From contig JBHGNT010000012.1 of the NCBI GenBank assembly GCA_043228905.1, positions 8,432,001-8,496,000 on the forward strand: a DNA stretch of 64,000 bases. The letters run 5' to 3'. The stretch comes from Azolla caroliniana (Eukaryota; Plantae; Polypodiophyta). Shown here piece by piece: positions 24,501 to 38,200 of the stretch. The notes below the pieces were generated by a model, which saw only the letters and a program-made list of their open reading frames with translations, was not told where the DNA came from and made no database searches. The first letter of the stretch is position 1. Each line of letters starts with the position of its first letter. Position numbers and translations under genes: made by a program.

Positions 24501-27402
24501 GAGGTTAGCGAGGCCGAGATGCCTCCAGATGAGCCTGAAATCGAGACCCGCGAAGAGAGTCCGATTTCGTTTCGGTTAAGTGGACCAAATGGACAACTGA
24601 GTCGGTTTGACCAGTCCGATGAAGAGTCGGCGAGTAGTGGAGACTCGGTCGTGCATTCCCCGCGCAGGAAGCCGAGGAGACGACTTACGCGCAAAGAGAA
24701 AGGGAAGAAGAAGGCGTCAGATTCCAGCATGGATAGGAACGAGTCAGACCGACGCAAGTCCGACTCCGAGGGCAGCGGTGACGGGTCTTCAAGAGCGAAG
24801 TCCGCATCAGCCGAGAAGACCTTGACATCGGCTAATGATTGACTACGATGATCTATCCGCCAGAAGAACCCAGTCGTGCGGTTCGGATACAATGAGTACA
24901 TGGCGCATCATTATGTGTACATGACTCGTCGAGCAGAAGTGCATGAGCCGGAGAGCTACGCAGAAACGGCTAAGGACGTGAATTGGCGCGCCGCGATGGA
25001 GGACGAGATGCACGCATTGGCGGAAAATGTAACCTGGGACCTGGTTGACTCTTCCCTGTTCATCCAGAAAGGTCGACTCAGGCCGGTTAGTATTTTACTA
25101 TACGTTGATGACTTGGTCATCACCAGTGCCGACTTAGGTGAAATCGACTGCGTGAAGCTCTAGCTTGCGGCATCATTCGACATGAAGGATCTGGGGGACC
25201 TTCATTACTTCCTCGGGATCGAAGTGATCCGCACCCCCGAAGGCATACTGATTAACCAACGTCATTACGTGTTGAATATGCTCTTCGAATTCGGGATGGC
25301 AGACTATAAGTCCGTCTCGACTCCTCTGGATAGAACCGTCAAGCTTCGCCCCGAGTCCGGAAAGGTATGCGACCCGACAGGTTCCGATAGATAGTCGGTA
25401 GCCTTATATACTTGACCATCACCCGACCAGATCTCAGCTACCCGGTCGGGGTGATTAGTCAGCTCATGGCGCAACCAATTGAGGAACACCTTCAGTGCGC
25501 ACAACGCGTACTCCGGTACATTAGTGGCACTAAGGACCGGGGGCTACTATATCAGTCTGATACAGCCCCGCAGTTGGTCGGCTACACCGATGCCGACTGG
25601 GCCGGCAACGTCGCCGATCGCCGATCCACGTCCGGTTTCGCGTTCTCTCTCGGGAGTGCCGCAATCGCGTGGAGCAGTAAGAAGCAGTCGACAATTGCAT
25701 TGTCGAGCACCGAAGCCAAGTATAGAGGAGCGGTTGTCGCGAAATGCTAAGTCATATGGTTGAAACAGCTACTTAGGGACCTACAAGAGGACGTGTCCGA
25801 TCCGAGGCCAATCTACTGCGACAACCTCAACAGCATCCAGCTCGCGAAGAACCCTGTTTTCCACGCACGGACCAAGCAGATTGAGCAGCACTACCATTAT
25901 GTCCGTGAGCGTGTCCTTTCTGGTGAAGTCGAACTTCAGTATGTTCCGACGAATCGGCAGCACACCGATATCTTCACCAAGCCTCTTAGTCTGGACAAGT
26001 TACGGCAATTCTCGAGTGCGCTTAGTTTGCGTCACCTCGACGTGCCGAACTTGAGGAGGAGAGACATCCCGGATGACCACGGAAGGGAGCAAGAAAGGAG
26101 CGGAAAAGACCGTGACGCCGAGTCGGATGACGAATTCGACTTCGGATCGGCTGAAGAAGCTGAGGGCGGAACCGCAGAAGAGTTCGAAAGCGGACATAAG
26201 GGGAGCAGCTGGAAGAAAGAGCCAAAGCCAACCAAGCATGGGGGAGATGATGTCGTCAAGGGCGAGAAGACCGAAGACGAGTTGGAGACAGCCAACTTGG
26301 ACGAGAGCGAAAACCGATCGGAGGTAGCCGAGTCGGTTCGGATGTTTGATTCAGATACGCTGAATCAACCAAGGGCCAAACAGAAGAGAAGGCAGCAGAA
26401 GAGGCGCCAACACTGCAACAGCAAGGAAGCTGAGAAAGGCCTTGTGAGCAGACAAGCCGACCGGAAGGGTCGAGGCGCGCGGAATCGAACATGCCGAGGA
26501 GCGCGAGCGAGGGGTGGGGCCAGGAGGAACCGGAGCAGTGATCCCGAAGATCCCGAAGAGCCTCAAGTTGAGCTTGAGGGGGAGTGTTGAGAGACAAGCT
26601 CAACATCAGCCGGATCGGCTGAGCAAGCCGAGGACCGGATCAGTTGGAAACCGGTACACAGACCGGTGCGTAGGAAGGCCAGATTGATGCAGAAACCGGG
26701 AGGCCATCGAAAAGATATTCCGCAAGGAATATATTTGGGAGTTAGTGTCGAGGCTCATTTATGAGCAGTCAAGTATGGTCAGTACTTGTGTTAGCCCGAT
26801 TGTCAAGGCTTGTATAAAGGTGCTCACTGAGCACATCCTATGTACAGATTGAGTATTATTTTGAATTGAGTTTTGTGTGTTCTCTCTCTGTCTCTCCCGT
26901 GTGTACTGTGCAAACCTAAGCTTTCCATTAAACCTGTGTTTTCTGTTGTTCGGTTTCCTATATTGCTTCCGCACGCCATTCTTTTCATAAGTGAAAACAA
27001 AAAGGAATATACACAAATATATATATGTTACAAATGGTTTGCAATGAATCGGCTTATGTGCCACGAATCCGATGGCTATTACAAACCAATCGGCTAAATA
27101 CAACGAGTTAAGAAATGGGATCCGGCGAAGGCGAGTCAAGTGGGTCGTCGGGACCGCGACGTCCACCGTTGGTCACGTCCCAAAGATGGTAGAGTGTTCC
27201 CATGCCACTTCGCCCTCCCTTCTCGAACTAGCCGCCACACGAAACGCTCTCCATCAGGGAGAGGAAGCCGAACCACCAAGTGTCACTGCCGCAATGCCAA
27301 AGAGTTGTCGTTGTAGAAACCCGAAACCAAAACCAAACTCTCGCACGAAGAAGAAGAACCCAAAACCCCCAAGAAGAAACCCTAAATTCCACCACGAACT
27401 CT
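21555..27402 (-). mobile_element. Second copy of the 12635-13460 LTR, split by a Copia insertion
   Basis: 21557-21752 and 26988-27402 align by eye with about 12640-13230. Confidence 0.85.
21753..26987 (+). mobile_element. Defective Ty1/Copia element (LTRs 21753-22130 and 26585-26987)
   Basis: TSD TAAGT, PBS TGGTATCAGAGC (tRNA-iMet) and PPT TTGAGGGGGAG. gag-PR-IN-RT-RH order with stops, and the N-terminal half of RT is deleted. The 5' LTR lacks about 24 bp at the U5 end. Confidence 0.93.
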
Positions 27403-28261
27403 CCCTCGAACTCATCCTTGCAAGGGACCGTTATAAAGCGCAAGTTGATCAACATCATTCCGCTACACCTGCCTTTGCAGTTGGTGATCAAATTTGGCTC
27501 TTACGTCGCCATGTCGATACTACTTGACCTTGCGGAAAGTTGGATTACAAGAAGTTGGGGCCTTTCCGCATCATTGAGTGTGTCAATCCTGTCACTTTCT
27601 AGTTGGAACTTCCTCCACATTTCCGGATTCATAATGTTTTCCATGCCTCTCTTCTCGAACCTTATCATCCATCCACTATTCCTGGAAGACACTCTCCACC
27701 TCCACCTCCAATTGAACTTTCCACATGTGAGGAGTATGAGGTGGACAAGATTATGGACTCTCATTGGTATCGACGACAACTTCAATACTTAGTCTTATGG
27801 AAAGGGTATCCCATTTCAGAGGCAACTTGGGAACCATCCCAACACTTGGAGAATGCACCGGATGTTGTTCATGCATTTCATCCCCAATACAAAAACCAGG
27901 GAGACATCTTTGGAGGCGGCCTTAGCAGGGGGATAATGTCATGGACATGACAACAGTCATGTCATGATTCGAACTCTTGACCTATTGTATTTAATCGATA
28001 TGTTTTAACTAATACATCCAATACATAATCATGTTACCTTACTAGATTATTGCAGATTATCTACTCTACATGTAGGATTTTAGAAGCTTCCAGAAAGCTC
28101 CAGAAGGTAGAACATTCTAGAAGCTTGTGCATGAAAATGAGTCTTTGCATGGGGCTACATTTAGAGCCCATAAACATGTATAAATACAAGGGTTCACCTT
28201 GGCCTTAGTCAAGGTGAACAACACCAGTTATGGAATCATAATTCCGTTCTTGTTCTCTTGA

Positions 28262-28360
<99 letters not shown>

Positions 28361-28725
28361 ATTGAGCCTCGTCTACTTGTCCGTTACAGTTTGTTCACCT
28401 TCCATCTCCAAAGCCTCATCATGTCAAATTCTACCGAGAACATAAATCAATTATTGGCAACCATGCATCAACTTCAACTTGAAAATGAGAATCTTCAAGA
28501 ATCTCTCCAGAAACTCCAAGCTAGGACTCCAATGGAATTGGAGAATGAAGAACCCAAGTGCCCTCCTACATCAAGGAATCTCCAATCTGTAGATATTGGC
28601 CCCTCGTCAATCTTGGCTCCAATTCCTCTTCACCCCACTTCAACTATAGAACCCAATGTTAGTTTACCCGACAAGTTCGATGGCACAAGGGTGCGATTCC
28701 GGGGGTTCATAAATTAGATCACGCT
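27403..28725 (+). mobile_element. Tcn1-like chromovirus fragment: integrase C-terminus/chromodomain, PPT, LTR (27937-28388), self-priming PBS, gag start
   Basis: GPF..FRIHNVFHASLL..YEVDKI..YLVLWKGY..TWEP. PPT GGGGGATAA, LTR TGTC...TTACA, then gag EPNVSLPDKFDG. Confidence 0.85.
27958..28022 (-). promoter_or_regulatory. Degenerate tRNA-like A/B-box cassette in LTR U3
   Basis: TGGATGTATTAGTTAA ... GAGTTCGAATC. Confidence 0.5.
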
Positions 28726-29130
28726 TCCGGTGAAGGCAAGTCAAGTAAACCACCAAGACCACAACTACTACCAATGGTGACGGTGCCTCAATGTCAAAGT
28801 AATTTTTCGGGCCACTTTGTGCTCCCTTCAATGATTTGTGGACAAACAAGTTGAACCCCTTTCTTTGAAGCCACCAATATGTAATGGTCCATAGTGGTGA
28901 CGAAAAAGACCTAAAATACTCTCAAACGAAACCCTAAACTCTCAAATAGGAAAGTAAGAAGAAGAAAAGAAAACCTAAACTTTCATCAAGATATTAAGGG
29001 GAAATATAAACCCTAACTCTCAATGTATGTTGAGGAAAAGAAAAAGGAAACCTTGAACTCCCAAGTGGAGAAGAAGAAGATGAAGAAGAATCTCACAAAC
29101 AAACAAAAACTAACCTCGTCAAGGTTGTCT
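28726..29130 (-). mobile_element. Diverged LTR remnant related to 12635-13460
   Basis: ccggtgaaggcaagtcaagt and aaaccctaaac-rich segments resemble 12965-13270. Confidence 0.45.
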
Positions 29131-32100
29131 AACCCTTGTAACATCTTCATGAGCTTGAGTCAAGTCATGTGTGTTAGTGGTTGAGGAATGTGGTAACATT
29201 GTTTTGTGATATATTGATATTTTCTTCATATTCTTGATGTACTTCTGGTTAAATGTTTAGGTTTATTAATATATTACAACACTAATTGTTTTTTTTTATG
29301 GTTGTTAATAGAGTTTGTTGAGGAATAGGTTGGCACATTCTAGAGAGAGGGGAAAGAGGAGACATATGAGAGGGACACAATATTTTTACAAATCAATGAA
29401 TTAATGTCTTATGGCTACCATTGATCTACTTGAGATCAACTAAGGGGGAACCTCCATTTTACACATTATATATGTATAGAGCATAAATTATGGGCATATT
29501 TATAACATTAACCACACATGTCAATAATCTACAATCTCATAAGAGACTTTACCATGTACAACCTTACAATTCTTACATTCTACAAAATTACAATCATTCA
29601 CTCCTTGGTGGCCATGACAATATCCATCACTAAGATCTAGGTAAAGCCACAAGTTGGAACTTTGAGAATGACCACTATTGTTATCTCATGCACTCCAAGA
29701 ATGACTACAGAAAGCTTGTTCAAGCTAATTTGTGTAAGAAAACTCATGGTTCGGAAGTAAACTAATCACGTAGATCAAATTATCCAATATTAATTCTTCG
29801 GCATTCGTATCTAGAAGTCAAAAATATTTTGACATGGTCTTTTAAAAGTTTTTCTTCATTTAATGGTCTTTTGTATAAAGTCTAACGAAGTTTAATGAAG
29901 AAAATGATTTGTTTCCATTAAACGTATCAATCCTAATCGATATTGCAATAAAATAACGGGTATTGGGTTTATGACAAGAGTGTAGATAACCAACATAAGA
30001 TGATATGCAAGGTCCCTAGGGACGTGGTTAGGTTGTATACCCATTCATATCATGCATTTCTTCTACTTGGAACATAATTGAAATAAGAATCCATTCCATT
30101 AAAAAATGGGTTAAGAAATTCAAATGGAAAGAAGTTGAAGCGACATAACTAGAAATAGAGGAGATGATAAAGAGAAATATTTGAATATGAAATCCAACTG
30201 TTGCTTTATCTTTATAATGATGATGAAGTTGCAAATGAGGACAAGGATGGTGTAATTCATTGGAACAAATCCTCATATGGTATATTGTTAGTAGAAGGTT
30301 CTCTATTAGTCGATGACATTGGAAAGCAACCTCGCACCACCATTTTGCTAGCATCCAATGGCTTTGCCACTTGGCAAACATCCATAGCTCCTCCAAATGT
30401 ATAAATAGACTATCATAGAAGGAGAATAATGTTGATTGAATGAATAATGTTTTTCTTACCAATATGTTGGCAACCATGTGGATACCACATCATCAATCAC
30501 TGACAAATAAAGAATTGTGAAAGAAAAAGAGAAAGCATGAACTATAAGAGGTATCCAAATTTCCTCTTATAAAATGGGACGTTGAGCAATAAAAAGAACT
30601 TTTAGAGGTAGAAAGAAGATATATATATATATATTAGAGAATAATAAAAGCAATAGGGAAAAAGTGTTTTCTTATGAATAGAGTGACACAGTGACACTAA
30701 TGAAAATTGCTACATCAAAATATACGAACTCAACATAAAGAGATAAATCTAAAGAGGGATAATCTCAAGTGAAATGTGTAATAGACTTGGGCTGATTCTT
30801 CTAGGATAGAGATATTCTTCAATACAATATAATAGTTCATCTCTCACAACCTCTAACGCCCTTCATAAGCTTGCAACTTCTTTTTCAACATCTTTCCCAT
30901 AGAAGTGAACCTTCACTAACATATGTCCTTTGTGTATTTTATGAACTTGTAATTGGGTAAATTTCATCAAAGATATATAATTTGTTTGTTTGTTTATGTT
31001 GTTTTTTCATTATCAAAAACATTGTTTCAAGCCAACCATATAATAATATATAAATCTTTATTTGCACTCATAGTGTCTCTATTCTCTCTTTCTCTACCAT
31101 GATCGTTTGTAAGGGCATGACACTACCATGCATGCATAAAGCACGTGCTACAACAATGAAGAGATTTTATTCGAGGTTTTCCTGAGGGTTTTTTTCTTTG
31201 GTAGCTTATAGAGTGGTTGTGCAACTTGAGTGGAGCTTCAAACACAATGATGGTGTTGTGGTGCTTTAGCAAACAATAAATATCACATATATATTAGCCA
31301 ACACATGTGGTGTTGAATCATAGCAATTGCCTACCACGTCATACCATGTTTTTGCAGGGCATAACATATTTCCATGGTTCGATAGTTGTGCAAGGCGCAT
31401 CATCACTTGTATTTACGAGATTAATAGGGCAAGTTTAGTGTGTAAAGTTCAAGGATGACCTTTGTGGCATGAACATAATTGTATGTAATAAACTAACTAT
31501 AACAACGAATATGTAAAGAAATAGGCATACATTATTGTTGGCGTAGTGTATGTATGTTATAAAGGTGTGCGCTTGGGTGGTGAATCTCATCCACTTTTGC
31601 AAAGTGTATGCACTTAAATGTATCAACCTTGGCATGATTAGACCCTGCCTAATGTTATACTTATGACACAACAAATCACCAAACAACCCTTTTGTACTTT
31701 GTCTACACTCATTTCCTTTTCGGTATATCCTTTGCCATATACAACTATCTTCATGTCTATTTATCACCTTCTCTACCATTATTGATTATACATTACTGTG
31801 TTTCTTTCTTAATTCATTCATTACATCAATGAACTAGAACACATGTGAGAAGTTTTTTCTAATTGATGATATATCTTGAAGAGAAGTTTCTTCCAATTCA
31901 AGCATACTCACAAACATCTTTAGCACTAAAAGTATGTATTCATATTTAGCCAATGGAATCACATTGGAAGATTAAAAACAAATATGATTATTTTGTTTTT
32001 AATTTAATTGCTCTTGGATCACATGGATTTTTCTCGTCTTACCATCCTCAATAATGTATTTATCAAGTAGAAGTTGACAAGCAAACTTTCCACAATATAG

Positions 32101-34338
32101 TATATTTCCATGCTCAAGAAAAGCAACATTTGTAATTTGATTTCTTGTGAATGATATCAATTCCATTAAGGAAATTTTGGATTCTTTTGGACGGTTCTAT
32201 AAGGAAGGCAATTATAACTCTATTTTGAGAATCAATATGGTGTAGAACTTGAAACCGCCGAAGAAGTCATAAAATCAAAACAACTTTTAAGTATCTTAAT
32301 CCATTGTAGGGAGTGATTCGATTGAAGAAAGTAATCTTGCCAATGGGCAATTGTGGTTTTGCACGAGGAGGGTAAAGATAAGACATTTACTTTTCTCCTT
32401 ATCCTTATTCTCTTGTTTATGATCTCATGTTTGTTTGTTATGAGTGTTGGATTTCAATGGCCCAAAGGCACCACTAATGTCAACACTATGCAGTTCTATA
32501 ATACACACGAATAATCTCTTGATTATCAATTACACTTGAAAGTTGAGAAATTGGAAAATACATTTAGAAAATAGTGTTGTCCCTTACAAATGTAGCACAA
32601 TTGCATCAATAATGCACCACTTGTAGTAATGATATAGCCCCATTTAAACCAAAATGTCCATGTTTTTGACACATTAATGATATATTGCAGAGTATACAAA
32701 CGTTTGCCTCCTTTGACATGCTCATTTGCCTATGTATCCTATGAGGTTCTAAAAAAGATCAATAAATTCCTAACATTTTCTCTTTGAGACTAGGTTCATG
32801 TGAGGATATTCACAAGGTTATCATTTAAGTGGGTTGACACTTTTGGAAGATTCATGACAAAATTAGAGGCATATGCCATCCAATATCTAGCCCCAAGATG
32901 TAAATCTATGTTCACATGATTTTACATCGACTTTTTAAACTTTATTAACATCATGGTGTTTTGGCATCGTCATACTTAGAACTATTAGGACATATGCATG
33001 TTCAAAAGACTATAAAGTCATAAACCTTACAAGTATTAACAATTGAACTTGTCGCAATACTTAATAGTCATACGAGTCTCTTGAGAATCAAACAGTAGAA
33101 GTTCGTAGCATCTATTTCTTGTGTCCTCAAACTATGTTGTGCACACGCATTATTTTACGATCTCCATGTCAATGCATCATCCTACTAAGGGGTTTTTATG
33201 CTTCTAAGATCCAAGAATCAAAATCACACCTCCTAGATATATGGCGAATGCCACATCAGGAGTCATAAGACAATAACCATTTGTCCATCCACAAATTTAA
33301 CGTCCAAATGATATGGTATGGATGAGAGCACAATTAACAAAGTACATTAGCATACATAATACATTAAGAGATGAGAAGTGGTAGCACTTGCCATAAGCAT
33401 AAATTGATGAACAAATAACGCATCAATAGTTCGAATATGATATATGTTGTAGCCAATGAGTTCTCGTTGGGGGGGTACAAAACACTATTGATCAACGAAT
33501 ATGATAAATATAAAGTAAAAAGGGAAGAGGTTGGTTGACATGGGAACGCGGAGAAAGTGTGTTGTGGTAACCGACAACGGGACAAACAAATTATGTTATT
33601 TACAAATACTATCCACAACTTGAAGGATATTAAGAATCCGACCTAGTATTCCACACTTAACACGAGAATGAGAAGAATGTGAAATCGATGAGAGGCAAGT
33701 AAATATGCATTATTTCTGGGTGCCTTTTTGTGAAGTGAAGTAGAACAAGAAATCAATCAAGAGTATCACATGATTTATGCGAGAATGAGAAGAAAGTGCA
33801 ATGTTGGGGGGGGGGGGGGGGGGCGATAGGCAAGGAAAGGGTAGACAAACAGATATGCACGATACAAAGAGGAGAACTAGAAATCGAATCGAAGATGGGG
33901 GTTAGGTAGGTCAGGACTGAATCGAACATGGGAGCAAGAAATCGGATGGAATGTAAGGAGGTATGTCAAGGAGTCAGGACGGAATTGATGTACATGTTAA
34001 GCCCGAGGGGATGGAGCAAGGAATGATCGAGAGAGAGAGAGAGAGAGAGAGAGAGGTTTGGCCATTGAAACAAGAAATGAAGTGAACCAAGCCAAGGCAA
34101 GGCAACCCACACCCAAACTTTTAGTGGAAGGGTGAGAGGTTAACAATATCTCAATCAGTACTCTAAAAAAAGCTGAGGCCAACCCCCACCTCCCCCCAAA
34201 AAAAGAGGGGTAGAGAGACTAAATAGTTCAAAAATTAATTTAATTTAATGGAGAAGAAGAAGAAGAAGAAGAAGAAGAAGGAGAAGAGAAAACAAAAGAA
34301 ATTGCTTTTTATCTTTTTATTTTATGATTGTTTTTGTA

Positions 34339-34371
<33 letters not shown>

Positions 34372-35254
34372 AAAAGGGGGTAATGGTAAAGCTCCGATCG
34401 GACGGCTGAAGATAGGCGGCGAGTTCCATACACACACACAGACTCTCTCTCTCTCTCTCTGTTTCTCTGAATCCGTATTCTCTCTCTTCCCCAAACAGTA
34501 GGTTTCTCCCTTCCCCCGCCCTTCCTTCCTCTTCCCCCTTTCCAAGATCGCCGCTCTCGCACCAAATCTGTTCCTTCTTTTCTCCTCACAGATCTCTCTC
34601 TCTCTCTCTCTCTCTATTTCGTCCTGTTTCTCCAGCTCGAATCAGACTTTGATTCAGGCCACTTTTCTTCTTCTGGATCTGAAGGATTCTTCTCTTCTCC
34701 CCCCCCCCCCCCCCCCCTCCCCCGGAGCTTCCTCGAAGAGGTTCTCTATTATCTCCGATTCCATTTCCAGGCGAATCCAGAAAATATTCTCTATAAGATT
34801 CCCTCGGTGTAGAAATCCGCAAAGATCCTCTCGTGTTCCTGAAGTGGGCGATTCGTGTCCCGGCAGATTCCACATCTGGGTCCTTGAGATTAGGCCGATT
34901 CACCTCTTGATTTCTGGAAGTGGGCCTTCGAGAGTTAAAAGGAAGATTCCGCATCTGGGTCCTATTAGACACTTGGGTCTCATCGCTAGATTAAAAGAAC
35001 AAAACAATTTTTCGCATTTTGCCTTTCGCGTTTTTGATGCTGATGAGGTTGAATGTGATGTCGATGATCGTTTGAAGCTTCTTCTCCGATGCAAGGAGAT
35101 CGAGATTCCTTCATGTAAGGATGGGACCGACTATTCGCTCATCAGCGTCTGCTCCTTCCTTCTTCTTAAGTCTCGTATTGTTCTTCTCGGTAAGTTTCTT
35201 TCCTCACCCTCTTGTTAGCTTTCATTTGAAGCAACCACTCTTGCGAGACGAGAC

Positions 35255-38200
35255 ATGGCAGGAAAAGGAGGAAGAGGAGAAAGAAGAGATAGAGAAAGAG
35301 AAAGAGAAATCCGAGGATGTGCTATGATCCCTATATCAAAGTTGTCTCAAGATAGCATCGGAAATCCCGAATCCGGTAAACGATCAAATTTTAGCTCTTT
35401 AAGCAGTGTCCTACTTGAGGAGAAAAAGAAAGGGCGGAAGAGAAAAGCTCTTTCTAGTCGATATCCATCTTGTGTGCATGTGAAGAGAAGAAAACTAGGG
35501 CTTAATGTTATCAAGGATAATGCATGTGTTTTGGCTGGTGAGGAATCAAACCATAAGTCATCCGATTTGAAAGATTTTGATGCCATCAAGGACATTGCAT
35601 ATGTTTCGACGAGTGGGGAGTCAAACCACTATGAGTCATCTGAATTGAAAGATCCTGGTGGGGTTAATACGATCAAGGATATTGCATGTGTTTTGCCCAT
35701 TGGTGATTTGAAACATGAATCCTCAGATTTGAAAGAGATTGATGATATCAAGAATATTGTATGTGTGTTGCCTATTGGGGATTTGGGCAAGGAACCATTG
35801 CATTTGAAACAGCTTGTCTCTCTTACACCAACGAAGCCGAGACCTAGAGGGCGTCCGAGAAAAACATATACAAAAGCCACAAGTCCAGCCAATCCAGGGG
35901 TGAACTTGGAGCAAGTTTTGAAAGATAAACCTTCCACTTCATACCATGATCTCTCTCCTAGAGGGCGTCCAAAGAAAACATATACAAAAGCCACAAGTCC
36001 AGTCAATCCAGGAGTTAACTTGGAGGAAGCTTTGAGAGATAAACGTTCCACGTTGTACCATGGTCTCTCTCCGCAAGTTTTATCTTCAGATCTGAGTAAC
36101 TTAAAGGCATATAAAGGAGATGTTTCCAATTCTGAAGGGAAATTGGAATTGGGTTCCAATGCCAATTCTTTTCATCATGCAAATTCTCAAGCTTTGGAAC
36201 TCGAAGAAAGTGCGGACAGCAAAGAAAGACCGAAAGCAATGTCTGGATTAATTAAGACTAATCGAGAGGTTTCAGATGTTATATCAAACAGAAAAACGAG
36301 CATAAAAGTGAAGTCTTGTTCAAAACCATACAAAGCAACATCATTTAATTCAGAAGATAAAAACAAGGATCTTCCTAATGACTTCGACTCTGGACATAAA
36401 GGTGTTAATAGAAGTTTTGACAGGGAAGGAGATCCTAAGAACCCATTGATCCCTCAACATTCTAATGTAGAGAACATTAGGAATGAAGAAACCTATTCAA
36501 GCAATGCAAAATTCATAGCAAGTTCAGGAATCCTTGGAGTTATGGGGAACGATACTCCAAGGCAAGGAACTCCACCTGATGGTCGATCATTAAGGCCAAG
36601 GAAATGGCTTAAAAGAGAACCTGAAAACAAACTCCTTCCAGCTGATTATGTTGGAAAAAGGGTTGTGGTGTATTGGCCTCATGCGAAAGCATGGTTTGCA
36701 GGTATAGTTGTGGAGTATGATGAGCACAGCAAGAAGCATAAGATCAATTATGATGACAGTGATGAAGAATGTATATCATTTCGACGACATAAAGTAATGT
36801 TAGAGGAGCCACTTGAAGCTCAATCAGCAGGAGATGAATATACTGCTGAGAAAGAAGATGTCTCTGTACCAAAAGCAGTATGTCAGGATTTTTGCAAAGA
36901 TACCAAGAAACTGGATACTGGTTTGGAAGATGAAAATGTCATTGAAGATTCTAGAGTTGTATCTTCTTTCTCGGCTAGCCACCAACATAAGGAAATATCT
37001 ATTAAACCTGTGTGTAATGGCTCAGGTATTTGCTCATTTAAGGAGGAAAATGACTGTAGTTCGCCTTCTGGAGAGGAAGGGTACTGTAGGAGTACTGATG
37101 GCAGTGCAACAGAAGGATTTCAGGAACATGAAACAGATAAAAGCGTTATGTGTACGACCATAGCAGACATGGGCCTGCGTGATACCGATAGGGACAAGAA
37201 AATAGAATTCGTATATGTACGAAGACCAAAAACTAGGAAGTTTCAAGTTCCGTTGGCTGATGGGGATAATATTGTAGACATTGACAAAGTTACTGTAGAG
37301 TATAGTAAGCCTGACTTGACTGAAAATTCCTCAATGAGAGATAATAGCAATCTACTTGAAGAATTCCAGCAGCCTGCAATGCTATGCAAAAATGAAGATT
37401 TTCCTATACCACAGCACTTTGACAGACAAGATTGTTCTGATGCAAGGGAAATTCCTTTACTTACAACTGATATCAGTACTCCCTCTGGAGCTGATGGGAA
37501 TTCATACGACCAACTTGATTCGTCAAATGTAAGGAAAGCGTCTTTAGGTTTGACTGATATTAATATTCCTCCAGAACCTGATGTGAATGCATGGGAACAC
37601 AAATCAGGGAAGAGGAACACCCAGTCACTGAAGAAGCTGGTTAGTCAAGGTTTTAAAATCCAGGAGAACAAGTCTACTCAGGGATCATCAATTGACTTAA
37701 AATCATATGATACTCAAGTTCACAAAGTAATGCGGCATGCTAAGGAGAGAATGGAAAAAAGACACTTGTTTCATTGCTTGAATTTTAATGCTAGTGCCCA
37801 TGGGAAGTATGCTCTCAAATTCAGAAAGATGGGTTTTAGAAAACCTGCATATTCAATAACCCCAGTTTCAAAACTGGAGGCTGAAGCTTTGGAAGAGAAA
37901 GTAGATAATGGCTGTAATGACCAATTTGTATATAAATCACAAACGGTGTTTCAGATCACCATTCAACTGCTGCGCCCTGTCCTCAATGCTGATTTATTTA
38001 CATGGCAGTTTTTTAACATATTGGTGGGTGCTGGTTTCTCTGGGAAGGGTTCCTTTGAAGATAGTATCTGTATAAAAGGTTCAGTCCATGACTTTTTGGG
38101 GATTTTGCGGCTACTTATTTCAATTATCAAATCAATGTCCACTACTTCATGGATTAGCAAATTGTCTCATAAACAATGGCAAGCTAGAATTCTCTATCAA

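Noticed and set aside
29200-33700. Short ORFs and faint Copia/LINE-like remnants
   Set aside because: Too degenerate to assign boundaries or families by eye.
34649-35218. 189-aa ORF upstream of the EPC-like gene
   Set aside because: It has a non-ATG start, low complexity and no recognisable domain; probably 5'UTR/intron sequence.
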